Source: Candidatus Thorarchaeota archaeon
Lineage (GTDB): Archaea; Asgardarchaeota; Thorarchaeia; Thorarchaeales; Thorarchaeaceae
Length of the DNA: 64,000 nucleotides
Assembly: GCA_048882485.1 (NCBI GenBank)
Contig: JBHLRP010000008.1
Coordinates: 13,671-77,670, forward strand
Reading direction: 5' to 3'
Below, one piece after another: positions 10,648-20,494 of the stretch (positions are counted from its first letter, which is position 1; every line of letters begins with the position of its first letter). The notes beneath the pieces are model-generated. The model did no database searches, was not told where the DNA came from, and saw only the letters and a program-made list of their open reading frames with translations. The position numbers and the translations under genes were made by a program.

Positions 10648-11589
10648 TCATTTCTCCTTGCGATAGATAAGGAATTTCTCGAAAGCTGTGAACTCGGGTT
10701 TCATTCTGACAATTGCTGCCGCTTCTACTCCATCTGTACTGAATCCGAAACTGGATATAATTGGAACATCAGTCCAACCAGCTTCTTTACAGTCCTTCGC
10801 AAGCTCCACCAGAAGTCGCTCCCAAGCATAGTCGTATCCCGGCTTCAAGGCTCTGAACCTAAGGATTAGTCGCTCACCGTCAGCTGGGATGTTGACGGTT
10901 TCGGGGCTGGTTCGTAGAGCGGCTGTTGCTCCAACAGCCTCATCGCCATCAAACAGAATTATCGGGGCTCTATTTGGGAAGACACGATCCTTGAAGTAGG
11001 ATACAAACCCCTCTCTATCTGTGAATGCTTCTCTGAGACGCTCGTCAGCCAAGCACAAGTCAACCAGCTTATCGATATCGTCTTCAGTTGCTTTCCTTGC
11101 TTTCAGTTTTGCCGCCTTCCCCTCCACTTCCTTCTTGGCTGTTTCCTTGACATCAAAATCGACGCTGTACTGGTAGTATGTTTCATGGTCCGTAAATCCG
11201 AGTTCCCGGAAGAACTTATCCTGCTTGTCCTTAATCTTTGAACGAAGGACAATGCCCGTGGTGATTCTGTCGATATCCTCTTTGCTCTTGAGATATTCGA
11301 ACTGCTCGGTGAAGAGCTTTTTCTGTACTTCCGGGGGACAATCTGGCATGGTCCAGCAATATCCAATATTCGCCCTACCAGGTTCATCATCAGAAACATT
11401 TGAAGTGACATATGCAAGGGGCTTACCATCTTCCGTCAATGCGTACCTAGTTGCATCTTCGCCGCGTTGGATGTTGCGGTCTCGAATCTGCCAACCCTGA
11501 GCTGGAAGACCTGAGGCCTCAGTATAGATCTGGGCTTGAATATCCTCCAGTCCTTCATCGGCATTCCATTTCTTGTATACAACCTTCAT
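10648..11589 (-). CDS. hypothetical protein, probable tandem GNAT-like fold
   Basis: The real start is likely ATG 11589 after GAGGAG. KFFRELGF and RKATEDD resemble GNAT motifs. Confidence 0.6.
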   Translation of the reverse strand: MKVVYKKWNADEGLEDIQAQIYTEASGLPAQGWQIRDRNIQRGEDATRYALTEDGKPLAYVTSNVSDDEPGRANIGYCWTMPDCPPEVQKKLFTEQFEYLKSKEDIDRITTGIVLRSKIKDKQDKFFRELGFTDHETYYQYSVDFDVKETAKKEVEGKAAKLKARKATEDDIDKLVDLCLADERLREAFTDREGFVSYFKDRVFPNRAPIILFDGDEAVGATAALRTSPETVNIPADGERLILRFRALKPGYDYAWERLLVELAKDCKEAGWTDVPIISSFGFSTDGVEAAAIVRMKPEFTAFEKFLIYRKEK

Positions 11590-11782
11590 TCTACTTCTCC
11601 TCTCAACACTATCCGAATCGAATACCGGAAAAATATGCAGTGTGCATACAAATATTGTATATAATAAACCTTTGCTCTCACAACCATTTGTTCGACAAAA
11701 TGCGAATTCGCTTAAAACCCATAAATCGGTAGGATAGATTGATTCTAACAAGTCAGAGGATGAGTGAGATTCTGGCAGATTC

Positions 11783-12082
11783 CTATTTCTTCTTTCGTCT
11801 TCTTTTCGGCTTTAGGAACTCCTCCAGTGAGCTCTGCTGAATTGGCCCAAGCTTCCAACTCTTGCCGTCAGGATTTCTCTCTACAACATTCTCTCGCTCC
11901 ATATTATGCAGATGATAGAGGATTGTCGCTGTTGTCACCTCGACACTTTCAGCAATCTCTCCCACGGTTTTCCATTCTTCACTAGCCAGTGTCTGCAGTA
12001 TCTCAGTTCTACGAGAAAGTCCTCTCTCAATATTCCTAATCCAATGAAGGTATGCCCTGCGGTCAAGAGTCAGAGTGTTCAA
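11783..12082 (-). CDS. winged-helix (ArsR-like) DNA-binding protein
   Basis: TVGEIAESVEVTTATILYHLHNMERENVV helix-turn-helix; basic C-terminal tail. Confidence 0.8.
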   Translation of the reverse strand: MNTLTLDRRAYLHWIRNIERGLSRRTEILQTLASEEWKTVGEIAESVEVTTATILYHLHNMERENVVERNPDGKSWKLGPIQQSSLEEFLKPKRRRKKK

Positions 12083-12126
12083 CCCTTCAATAGTTGCACG
12101 CAGAACGAAATGTGTGTTTCTCTTCC

Positions 12127-12405
12127 CTATTTCCTTGAAAGACCCATTAAATCAAGAAAGGCCGCAGGTTCGCTCCCTTCGGTTATGGGTCTTATCCTGT
12201 ATTTTGGATACGTGTGACTCAACTTCGCCGCAATTCTTGTGCCGTAGAGTTTCTTGAACAGCTGAGCTTTGGCTCCTCGCCAAAGATAGATCACTTTCTC
12301 ATCATGATCAATAAAGACCAGAACCTTATCAGTTTCAATAGTCGAGGCGCTTGCTTCAGTCTCAGTCATCTTAGCGTCTGAGTCTATTTCAAAGGCCTCT
12401 ACCAT
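12127..12405 (-). CDS. single-domain gelsolin-like protein (Asgard ProGel type)
   Basis: Gelsolin-repeat pattern VLVFIDH...IYLWRG...AAKL...ITEGSEPAAF. Likely ATG at 12405 (92 aa). Confidence 0.8.
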   Translation of the reverse strand: MVEAFEIDSDAKMTETEASASTIETDKVLVFIDHDEKVIYLWRGAKAQLFKKLYGTRIAAKLSHTYPKYRIRPITEGSEPAAFLDLMGLSRK

Positions 12406-12552
12406 CAATATCCCTCGCTTGAAGGTTACAAAGAAGGATGCATTCTCTCTTATGATACTTTTCCAAATGTATTGCATTATTTTTCGGCTATGATTAAGCA
12501 CGAGCAACCTACAAAAAGGATTCATTCAGTCATCTTTCCGAGGGTGGAAAGG

Positions 12553-13278
12553 TTGACTGAAGAAATCCCATCACGGGTCAAATTCATTGATAGAGCAAGA
12601 CGGCGAATCGAGATTCAGATGAATGGTGTTACGCTTCAATTCCCCTTGAACGCAGTTCCTGATCCATTATACCTTGCCATGGCAACAGCCTTCGATGGTG
12701 ATGAGCAGGTGGAGTGCAAGCTCCTGGCGGCTTACCATGATACAGTGATGAAACCCACACTTTGTTCTTCAGAACCCACCAGTATCTTCAAGGTCACCAC
12801 AGCAACGAAGATAGTGAGACTCACTCTGACTGATGAAGAGATTGAGAATCAGATAGAGGAGATTGAGGGTGAGATTCTATCATTTCAGGGGCGCCCATTT
12901 GAAGAAACCATCGATGAGAGAATCGAGTTGTACAAGAGAATCTATCTTGACGACACAAAGATTGACAGGTTTCGTTTCGGTGCGGCAGAGATGTACGGCG
13001 ACACAACTTATGGGAACATTAGACAGGATCCTAGAGTTGTGTTAAACTTTCAATGGTTCAAGCCTGAGGAGAATGTATATCGTGGCTATCAGGTCAACTG
13101 CATCGCTGAGATTGTGCTACCAGGAAACCCCTTTTATCGATTCATGAGGAGCATGAGGTCTTTATTCGTACGGCGTTTCATAGACCTTCGAGCATCAGAA
13201 TATCCTGCCGCTTACAAGTTCCATGTCTGTGAGGCACATGACAAGAGCTTGTCTACTAGGCCCGGGTTCGTCCCCTAG
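12553..13278 (+). CDS. hypothetical protein, possible FMN-binding split-barrel (pyridoxamine 5'-phosphate oxidase-like)
   Basis: TYGNIRQDPRVVL...GYQVNC motif. TTG 12553 follows GGGTGG. Confidence 0.55.
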   Translation: MTEEIPSRVKFIDRARRRIEIQMNGVTLQFPLNAVPDPLYLAMATAFDGDEQVECKLLAAYHDTVMKPTLCSSEPTSIFKVTTATKIVRLTLTDEEIENQIEEIEGEILSFQGRPFEETIDERIELYKRIYLDDTKIDRFRFGAAEMYGDTTYGNIRQDPRVVLNFQWFKPEENVYRGYQVNCIAEIVLPGNPFYRFMRSMRSLFVRRFIDLRASEYPAAYKFHVCEAHDKSLSTRPGFVP

Positions 13279-13282
13279 ACTG

Positions 13283-15826
13283 CTAATAGTTGGTGAGTCG
13301 TAGCAATCTCTCTGGGAGTTCTTCAACGGCACCTATGTCTAGCACGACGCCGTGTGACTTCTTTGCTAGCTTATCTGCCGCATTCAGGTCGTAGGAACTC
13401 TTTGGAACAAGAATAATCATCTTGATGTCCTGATGCTTGAATTTCTCAGCTAGTCTTTCACATTCAGCTTGGTCGCTTAAGTAGGCGTCAGTGGCGAAAA
13501 TGAAGATCTTCTCCTTGGCCCGAGTTTCCTCAAAATTGTTGAGAGCCCACTGCAGTGAAGTCCTTCCTCCGGTGCCCCCACTTGCTCGTACATCCAATAG
13601 GTCCGCTGCAACCTTCTCCACTGGTACCTGACGCTGGTCAATTCTCTTCACAACGTGCATCACGCTATCAAACAGACACACGCCAAAATCGTCCTTCTGC
13701 ACCCCATATAACCCAGCCATCACACTGATCGCAAGCATGCCAAGCTTCTCAGGTGAATGCATAGACCCGCTCTTGTCGAGGGCCCAGACGAAGGAACGGT
13801 GTCCTTGATAGGTTTCACAAATCAAAAAGTCCTCCACATCAAGAATCTTGAAATTGGTGCGACCCTGTGATAAGAGTGAATCAATTGTTTCTTCCAAGTC
13901 AATGAGGTCGATGTCGTCACCAATACGGAATGGTCTGACAGTAGTTGATTGCTGTATTCCGCCAAGCATTGATGATCCCATTGTTGCTCTAGCGTATCTC
14001 TTTCCAAGGTCTATAAGGAGCCTCTTTGCGATCTCCTTGAGCCTCTGCTTGATATGGTCTGGAAGAGAGTCTCTATAGGCATACCAAATCTTTACGATAT
14101 TTGTTGCTGGTCCGCCAAGCAATCCTCCGAAAACCATGTTAGCCCTTTCATCATCTATGGGTCCAGCTTGTCCAGGACGTCCCCCATAACTAACAGCGCG
14201 TCCATATTGCTGTCTTGTACCCATTCCCATTGCAGCACCAAAATTCTCATGAGCGATAGCTCCAAGTGCTGACTGATTTCCAGTCTGAGCTGATAGGTCT
14301 GCCAGCTCACGAAGTTGATGTTCAGTTAACCCAGCCGATGATATGAGGTTGTGAAGTCGCTCAAAGTCTTGTACACCCTGTTCGATAAGCTTCTTGATGA
14401 CACGATAGGATGGATTGAGCAGCTCCAGAATCTCCTCTTCTGTCATGCCTAGTTTCTCGCCAGCTTCCCGTACGGCTTTCTCCGAGGGCACAATACCCTG
14501 GCGAGAGAGTTCTCTCACTGTCTTTCTAAGGTGGGTCTTCGTCGGGGAGCGTTTGACGGCAGCATCAGCTAAATCTTGCTTTGCCGTATCCCATGATTCC
14601 TTTGGTTGATGCCCACTCACCTTCTCGTTGAGTCTTGACATGTCATTGATTTTCTGCCTGAGATAATCTGACGGCGATGACCTAGAATCAGCACGCTCGA
14701 TGGTTTCTTGGACTTTCTTGTTGAGAAGGCTCTTCCACGCCTCATTGTTTCTTGCGTTCTCAGCTAGCTGCCGAAAGTCAACATTGGTCGAAGCTCCCTT
14801 GTCATATTGCTGGTCATATTGCTCCAGAATATCATCCATTAGATCAGTGTTGTCAGGTGTGTGACTCTTGACAGTATCGGCAAACTCAGCAGCGTCTGCT
14901 AGTTGGTATATTTGTGGCGCGCCTTCCAAATGCTCAGCAATGTTGTCCGGGAGCCTCTCAAGGTGCCTGACATAGGCTGCCACTTCACTAAGATTACCTA
15001 ACGACTCTTGAAGCGCCTTACCCATGGCCTTTCTCTGGGCTTTTGTGCCAGCTTCCATGTCTTCCATGTGTTTTAGGGCACGTGCGGCAGTTGCTGGATC
15101 TCTGTCAGCAAGTTCCTTGAACTCCTCGACAATTCCTTTGTCTCCACGATGAGCTCTGGCCGCAATGCTTTCCGCTGCGTTTGAAGATTCTGCCACATTG
15201 TCCAAGACTCCCAGTGTCTTTGCATCCATGATATTCTGTGATGATAAGCTGCCCATATCCTCGAGCAGCTCCGCTGAAGCTTCTCTTCGAAGATCCTCGT
15301 CACTTGTAAGCCCACGGAGTACCACATCACCCTCGTTCAGGTAATGCATTGCTGCGTCGTATAGCGCAGTATCTTTGCGTTTTCTTAAGTCTTGAAGATA
15401 CTCAAAGCCTGCCTCAACCTTGTCCTTGTCGATCTTTTTGGCTAGATCTTGCTCTCTCTTGATCTGTTCCATGACAGCTGATAGAGCATCCTTTTTCACT
15501 GTGGAAATTGTCTTGGCTTGCGGTTTGCTAGGCTGAGGAGCTGATTCTCTTTTTTCCCGACCCAGGATGATGTCTTCTGCAACTATACGTGCGATGGCTT
15601 GATCTGATGGATACGTAGTGCGGACGGCCGCATCTATGAAATCATCCAGTGTTAGTGCTCCGTTTCGAAAGTACCTCGCGGAGAGTATCTGTGGAATCGC
15701 TTGAGTTTGCCTCACACTAGGTCTAATCTTGACATCAGACCTTGCTCTCATCCTCTTCACAAACTCATGTGCAAAGTGTATTGTATTGCTTGGAAGCGGT
15801 GATATCCTGGGTTGAGTTTGAGCCAT
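13283..15826 (-). CDS. VWA domain protein (CoxE-like), MoxR partner
   Basis: MIDAS motif LDKSGSM...GGT...ATD at the C-terminus; IDLEETI motif; lies 3 nt after the MoxR gene. Confidence 0.85.
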   Translation of the reverse strand: MAQTQPRISPLPSNTIHFAHEFVKRMRARSDVKIRPSVRQTQAIPQILSARYFRNGALTLDDFIDAAVRTTYPSDQAIARIVAEDIILGREKRESAPQPSKPQAKTISTVKKDALSAVMEQIKREQDLAKKIDKDKVEAGFEYLQDLRKRKDTALYDAAMHYLNEGDVVLRGLTSDEDLRREASAELLEDMGSLSSQNIMDAKTLGVLDNVAESSNAAESIAARAHRGDKGIVEEFKELADRDPATAARALKHMEDMEAGTKAQRKAMGKALQESLGNLSEVAAYVRHLERLPDNIAEHLEGAPQIYQLADAAEFADTVKSHTPDNTDLMDDILEQYDQQYDKGASTNVDFRQLAENARNNEAWKSLLNKKVQETIERADSRSSPSDYLRQKINDMSRLNEKVSGHQPKESWDTAKQDLADAAVKRSPTKTHLRKTVRELSRQGIVPSEKAVREAGEKLGMTEEEILELLNPSYRVIKKLIEQGVQDFERLHNLISSAGLTEHQLRELADLSAQTGNQSALGAIAHENFGAAMGMGTRQQYGRAVSYGGRPGQAGPIDDERANMVFGGLLGGPATNIVKIWYAYRDSLPDHIKQRLKEIAKRLLIDLGKRYARATMGSSMLGGIQQSTTVRPFRIGDDIDLIDLEETIDSLLSQGRTNFKILDVEDFLICETYQGHRSFVWALDKSGSMHSPEKLGMLAISVMAGLYGVQKDDFGVCLFDSVMHVVKRIDQRQVPVEKVAADLLDVRASGGTGGRTSLQWALNNFEETRAKEKIFIFATDAYLSDQAECERLAEKFKHQDIKMIILVPKSSYDLNAADKLAKKSHGVVLDIGAVEELPERLLRLTNY

Positions 15827-15829
15827 CGC

Positions 15830-16771
15830 CTACGAACTCCCAGGGACACTTGGAGTACTAGAACCGCCTGAGCCGAGAACCCGTCTCACCAGTGAGTTGA
15901 CCGCAGGTTCGGGATCTATGCCTGGTCTAAACCTCAATGCTCCAGTTAGGACATATGTGGCTGCCTTTGAGAGGATTCCATGTGTTATGTTTTTCTTACC
16001 CTCTCGCTTCGCCATTTGCGCAGAGAGTCTTGCAACTGAGATGCCTGCACGAATTGACGCCGGTATTTCAATATCCGTACTCATTCTAGTGGCTGACACT
16101 AGTCCATAAATGCTCTCTAGAGTTTTGTCTGAAAGATTATACTCCGGACAGTTCAGCTTTACTATCTCAATCTCCGTGGATTTTCTCGGGTAGCCGAGTC
16201 GAATCCACACCCTGATACGATCTCTTAATGCCTCGCTCAGTCGATGTGCTCCTGCCATCTCTTCAGGATTAAGAGTCAAGACAGGGAAGAAGTCATCTGC
16301 GGCTTTGATTCTGCCCAATCTCGGCACAACGGCACTCCACTCTTCAAATGGCTCCAACAAGCTATTCTGGACATACTCTGCTAAGCGGTTTGCTTCGTTA
16401 AGGCCAAAGACGCCTCCGAATATCATGGATTTCAGAAGCGGGCCTGGGTCAAATGACTCCAGAGTGAAGCCCTTGCTCAACACTAAGCTAGGATTGAATG
16501 AACCTATCAGATGTGCTGGTCGAACCCCCTCATCGCCAGTCAGCCACTCAAAGTCACGGTTGCTCTTCTCTGCGTATGCCCTCAAAAGCAAAGTTTTCCC
16601 CACTCCGGGAGGGCCTATCAAAGCTGGAATAAGTCCTGAGTTCTCACAGTCCTCAAGAATCTCGAAGGCCTCCTTGTATTGTTCTTTGATGACAATCCGG
16701 ACCTTCTCTTTCTTAGCAGCCTTGAGGCGCTCATCAAACTTCTCGGAAAAATCCTTAGCTGTTTTTTGCAT
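15830..16771 (-). CDS. MoxR-family AAA+ ATPase
   Basis: Walker A GPPGVGKT, NEANR, TLNP and LSEALRDR motifs. Confidence 0.9.
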   Translation of the reverse strand: MQKTAKDFSEKFDERLKAAKKEKVRIVIKEQYKEAFEILEDCENSGLIPALIGPPGVGKTLLLRAYAEKSNRDFEWLTGDEGVRPAHLIGSFNPSLVLSKGFTLESFDPGPLLKSMIFGGVFGLNEANRLAEYVQNSLLEPFEEWSAVVPRLGRIKAADDFFPVLTLNPEEMAGAHRLSEALRDRIRVWIRLGYPRKSTEIEIVKLNCPEYNLSDKTLESIYGLVSATRMSTDIEIPASIRAGISVARLSAQMAKREGKKNITHGILSKAATYVLTGALRFRPGIDPEPAVNSLVRRVLGSGGSSTPSVPGSS

Positions 16772-16905
16772 TATTCTATGCCCCCATAGATCAAAATGTT
16801 GTGACTTGAAACCATATTAAAGCATGTCCTTTCTGCGTTAGGCGAAGCAGGCGTGCGTGAGTTGATTCCTTCTGTAGTTACAAAAAGCTTGAGGTTTCTG
16901 ATATC

Positions 16906-17895
16906 TTAGCTCCCCAACAATTGCGAGCCATAATTGAACAGGGCTGGCGAGCCTCCAGTATGCCAGAAAATTGTGGGCTCATCTGAAGCTATCTCACCTC
17001 CCATGGCCATTCTAAGCAATGCTACTCCAGCTTTAGCTGTATAGACTGGATCCAGGATGATGCCTTGAGATTTCGCAAACATCTGGATAGCGCTTCGAAC
17101 AGAGTCTTCCATCTCCCCGTACCCCTTTCCTGTGAACCGATCATCAACTTTGATTTCAGGTTTGAATCTGTCTATCAGTGCAGGATACGCATCAAACATT
17201 CGGTCTATCATTTCACCGACCTTTTCTTTGGTGGTCTTTGCATCGCGGAGTACACTGATTCCTATGACGTCAGCATCAAACTCCGCGAGTTTCGCACCAA
17301 TTATCATTCCTGCCAGAGTCCCTCCGGTACCAACAGGGTGGAGTATCTTCTTTGGCTCTATGCCAAGGTCGTCACATTGTTCCCTCAATTCCATCATTGC
17401 CTGAACATATGCTATGCAGCCTACAGGCATGAATGCGCCAGCTGGTATACCATAGGGCCTTAGACCCAAATCTCTGAGCGTATCAATGATTGAGTCCATT
17501 CTTTGAGAGACCTGGTCGAAATCATCTTCTGGGAAGAACTGAATCTCTGCTCCAAACAGCCTGTCTAGAAGCACATTACCAGTGTAATCTTCTGGTTCAG
17601 TTCCTGCTAGTAGCAAAATACACCTCAGTCCATTCTGAGCTGCTCCAGCGGCAGTCTGTCGGCAATGGTTGCTTTGAACAGCTCCGACAGTGACAAGAGT
17701 ATCCGCCTCTTGCTGAAGGGCATCTCCTATCACGTACTCGAGTTTGCGTGTCTTGTTGCCGCCAAATGAAATGCCGGTGAGGTCATCTCTCTTTATCCAG
17801 AGTGACTTCATGTCCAAGGAATATGCAAGGTTCTTCATTTCTTGAAAGGGCGTTGGAAGATTAGCTAGTTTTACTCTTGGAAGGATTTCAAGCAT
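16906..17895 (-). CDS. D-cysteine desulfhydrase / ACC deaminase family PLP enzyme
   Basis: KRDDLTG..FGGNKTRKLEY, QSNHCR, LDPVYTAK and WHTGG motifs. Confidence 0.9.
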   Translation of the reverse strand: MLEILPRVKLANLPTPFQEMKNLAYSLDMKSLWIKRDDLTGISFGGNKTRKLEYVIGDALQQEADTLVTVGAVQSNHCRQTAAGAAQNGLRCILLLAGTEPEDYTGNVLLDRLFGAEIQFFPEDDFDQVSQRMDSIIDTLRDLGLRPYGIPAGAFMPVGCIAYVQAMMELREQCDDLGIEPKKILHPVGTGGTLAGMIIGAKLAEFDADVIGISVLRDAKTTKEKVGEMIDRMFDAYPALIDRFKPEIKVDDRFTGKGYGEMEDSVRSAIQMFAKSQGIILDPVYTAKAGVALLRMAMGGEIASDEPTIFWHTGGSPALFNYGSQLLGS

Positions 17896-17897
17896 CG

Positions 17898-18545
17898 CTA
17901 ATGCCCCGCTCCTGTGAAGGCTGCGATGATGTACAAGAGAATTGCAGTAGCGATTCCTGCGAGAAGTGTCTTTGCTCCATAAATCCAGATGTTCTTCCTG
18001 GATATTGTTCCCAAGAATAGGCCAAGAGCAAAGAGAAGTCCCATGCAGATGATTATCGCAATATAAAACGCCATAGAAACACTGAGTAATCCTGATGGCA
18101 CCAATAGCAATGGAGTGATGATAATGAATGCGGCAACTGAAGGGGCGAGTCCATCAACTAATGCGACAACTGCAGAAGTTGTACGTGTTGCCTTGGCGTA
18201 CATCGTGTTGCTCATGTCCGATAGCATTGCCTTGCCTATTTCCTCAACCTCGCGGTCTCTCTCTGCACTTTCCGCAAGATAAGATCCACTGAATCCTGAG
18301 ACCGCCATCGCGACGCTAGTACCAACCGCTGCGAGCAGAAGAGCGTCGAACACCACCTCTGGATTGGTGGTCTGCATAGTGATGAGACCGCCAAAAATCA
18401 GTCCAAGCATGGTGAGCGCGCCGTCAAACGCGTTCATCGCAAGGTAACGGCGGGCTATTTCAACACCTTGTGTGAGTTCCAGTGCCCTCATAGTCCTCTC
18501 AATTAGTCCAGGGCCCTTTTGCAGGTCATCTTCTGGTTCTGTCAC
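17898..18545 (-). CDS. VIT1/CCC1 family transporter
   Basis: NAFDGALT and AMAVSGFSGSYLAESAE motifs; about 5 TM segments. Confidence 0.8.
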   Translation of the reverse strand: MTEPEDDLQKGPGLIERTMRALELTQGVEIARRYLAMNAFDGALTMLGLIFGGLITMQTTNPEVVFDALLLAAVGTSVAMAVSGFSGSYLAESAERDREVEEIGKAMLSDMSNTMYAKATRTTSAVVALVDGLAPSVAAFIIITPLLLVPSGLLSVSMAFYIAIIICMGLLFALGLFLGTISRKNIWIYGAKTLLAGIATAILLYIIAAFTGAGH

Positions 18546-18664
18546 AGATACTTAGCTCCGTGAATCATGTCCAGCCTAGCAGGTTTCCCTACATGATATA
18601 AGCTATCCGGAATCACAGATATCTGTTGATGCATGATTGCTAACGATATGGCTCTATGATTCTG

Positions 18665-18838
18665 CTAGTATAGCCAGAGCACCTCTGCGAATAGAATCAG
18701 GAAAATAAGTATCGCGATTAGGATGATTGCACATATCACCTGGACTGAACATGTGCAGCATCTTTCACAGCAGCCCTCTTGCTGCTGTGGTTCTCGAGGA
18801 CTTGGTGTGTAGTCATCTGGCATCGGAATCTCTGTCAT
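18665..18838 (-). CDS. small Cys-rich tail-anchored membrane protein
   Basis: Pro-rich N-terminus, GCCERCCTC, then a single C-terminal hydrophobic helix. Confidence 0.6.
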   Translation of the reverse strand: MTEIPMPDDYTPSPREPQQQEGCCERCCTCSVQVICAIILIAILIFLILFAEVLWLY

Positions 18839-18958
18839 AGGAACCACACTAGCTTCAAAGTGCTTCTTTCAAAGCCTGCTATCTGTGATAACTATCCTTC
18901 TTATGAGGATTACGTGGTTGTCTACAGATACGGCCGCAAAGGTTGAAAAGCGAAGAAG

Positions 18959-20494
18959 GTGAGTTTATGGCGAAGCGTGTGGAGACCAGGAGAATTGTCG
19001 GAGAACGAAAAACCAACCACAATTTTCGATAGACCATTTGGCCTGCGGATTATTGGGCTGACTCAGATGGCTTTTGGAGTCTTTGGCCTGCTTGCAGCAG
19101 TAGGTATCCTAGTTGCCTCTTTTGGAGCTGCTCCAGCCTTTGCTTTAGTGGGACCTTTGTACGCCTTAGTCATTTTCGTTGGAGTTGCGCTACCTTGCCT
19201 GATTATAGGAAATTACGTTGACGATCTCAGAAGAAACGCAGTGATTGGTCAAGCACTCTACAGTATCATCGCAGTTGGCTTGACAACCTACTTTTTGTTG
19301 AATTGGGGAGTCGCATACAGTTGGACTGTGCCTTGGTTTGAACTCAGCTTCAACATACAGATTGGAAATATTGCAGTCTTTGTGTTGGCGACTCAGGCAG
19401 CTTTTCTGTTCTACATGCTGATTTATTGGAACCGAATAGCGCCACCATCAGGAACCGTCATCGTCAGAGACCGGAGACGTGCACGCCTCCTTGAGGAAGG
19501 GTTGATGGCTGTTCCACTCACACCAGCGCTACTGAGCTCAGATGGTTCTGTGCTGTCTCAGGATGAGGCACAAAGAATCATTGATGTTCGAAAAGTCACT
19601 ACCACTGAGGGCATGGCGATTCTTTGCTCAAATTGCGATGGGGCGACACCTCTGACTAAGATGGTGGATGACAACACAGTAGTTTGTGATTACTGTGGAG
19701 TCACTCTTGCTGTGAGCAGTGTCTTTGTCCCATGTGAAGACCATCCAGAGTATCTCGCGGCTACAAACTGTGCCGTCTGTGGGGAGCATTTCTGCCGAAG
19801 ATGTCTAACTGCACAGGATCCTCCTATAGACAGGCGTTGGAAAGGCTCCACTGTCTACCTCTGTAGAAACTGCTTCGAGGGTAGATATCGTCCAGCTGTC
19901 ACAACCACTTCACTTGTCTTGCCAATTGAAGACTTGTTTGGTCAGGCTGGGGGACGATTCTCAAAAGTAGGTGGAATGTATCGACGGTTTCTGGGAGCCT
20001 ATGGAGGCGCAATGGCAAAGGTATTCAGAGCCTCAATCCATATCTTCTCTTCATTGGACTGGTCCAGCGGCGCGAGCTCCAGCGGAAGCAGCTGCGGAGG
20101 AGGAGGAGGGGGTGGTGGCGGAGGCGGCGATGAATGCTGTGGAGCAATTCTTGTGATCATAATCATTATCATCGCGATTCCTATCCTAGTTGGCCTAGTG
20201 ATGCTTCTTGGAGCGATAGTCATTGTACCAGTTCTCTTCTATGCTGGACTCATTGGAGTGACAATAGAGGCAATCAGAATCATCCGAAAAACGGATTTCG
20301 TATCATTAGAGCAGGCACGGGAGAAGGGCTTGCTTGAGGGTCGCAAGGTTGAGGTCGAGCAGACTCCGCTTCGCAATGAAAGCCGGCCTTGGATGGATGA
20401 CCGCAGAGTCAGAGAAACTGAGAGGCAGTATGAAAGAGATAGAGCTCATGAGAGAAAAGAGGTTCCTGCCGATTCGTTCTGGAGGAGATACTGA
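18959..20494 (+). CDS. membrane protein with zinc ribbon, B-box-type zinc finger and poly-Gly linker
   Basis: Four N-terminal TMs; CSNC...CDYC; CEDH-x7-CAVC-x4-CRRC...CRNC; poly-Gly; C-terminal hydrophobic hairpin. Confidence 0.8.
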   Translation: MSLWRSVWRPGELSENEKPTTIFDRPFGLRIIGLTQMAFGVFGLLAAVGILVASFGAAPAFALVGPLYALVIFVGVALPCLIIGNYVDDLRRNAVIGQALYSIIAVGLTTYFLLNWGVAYSWTVPWFELSFNIQIGNIAVFVLATQAAFLFYMLIYWNRIAPPSGTVIVRDRRRARLLEEGLMAVPLTPALLSSDGSVLSQDEAQRIIDVRKVTTTEGMAILCSNCDGATPLTKMVDDNTVVCDYCGVTLAVSSVFVPCEDHPEYLAATNCAVCGEHFCRRCLTAQDPPIDRRWKGSTVYLCRNCFEGRYRPAVTTTSLVLPIEDLFGQAGGRFSKVGGMYRRFLGAYGGAMAKVFRASIHIFSSLDWSSGASSSGSSCGGGGGGGGGGGDECCGAILVIIIIIIAIPILVGLVMLLGAIVIVPVLFYAGLIGVTIEAIRIIRKTDFVSLEQAREKGLLEGRKVEVEQTPLRNESRPWMDDRRVRETERQYERDRAHERKEVPADSFWRRY

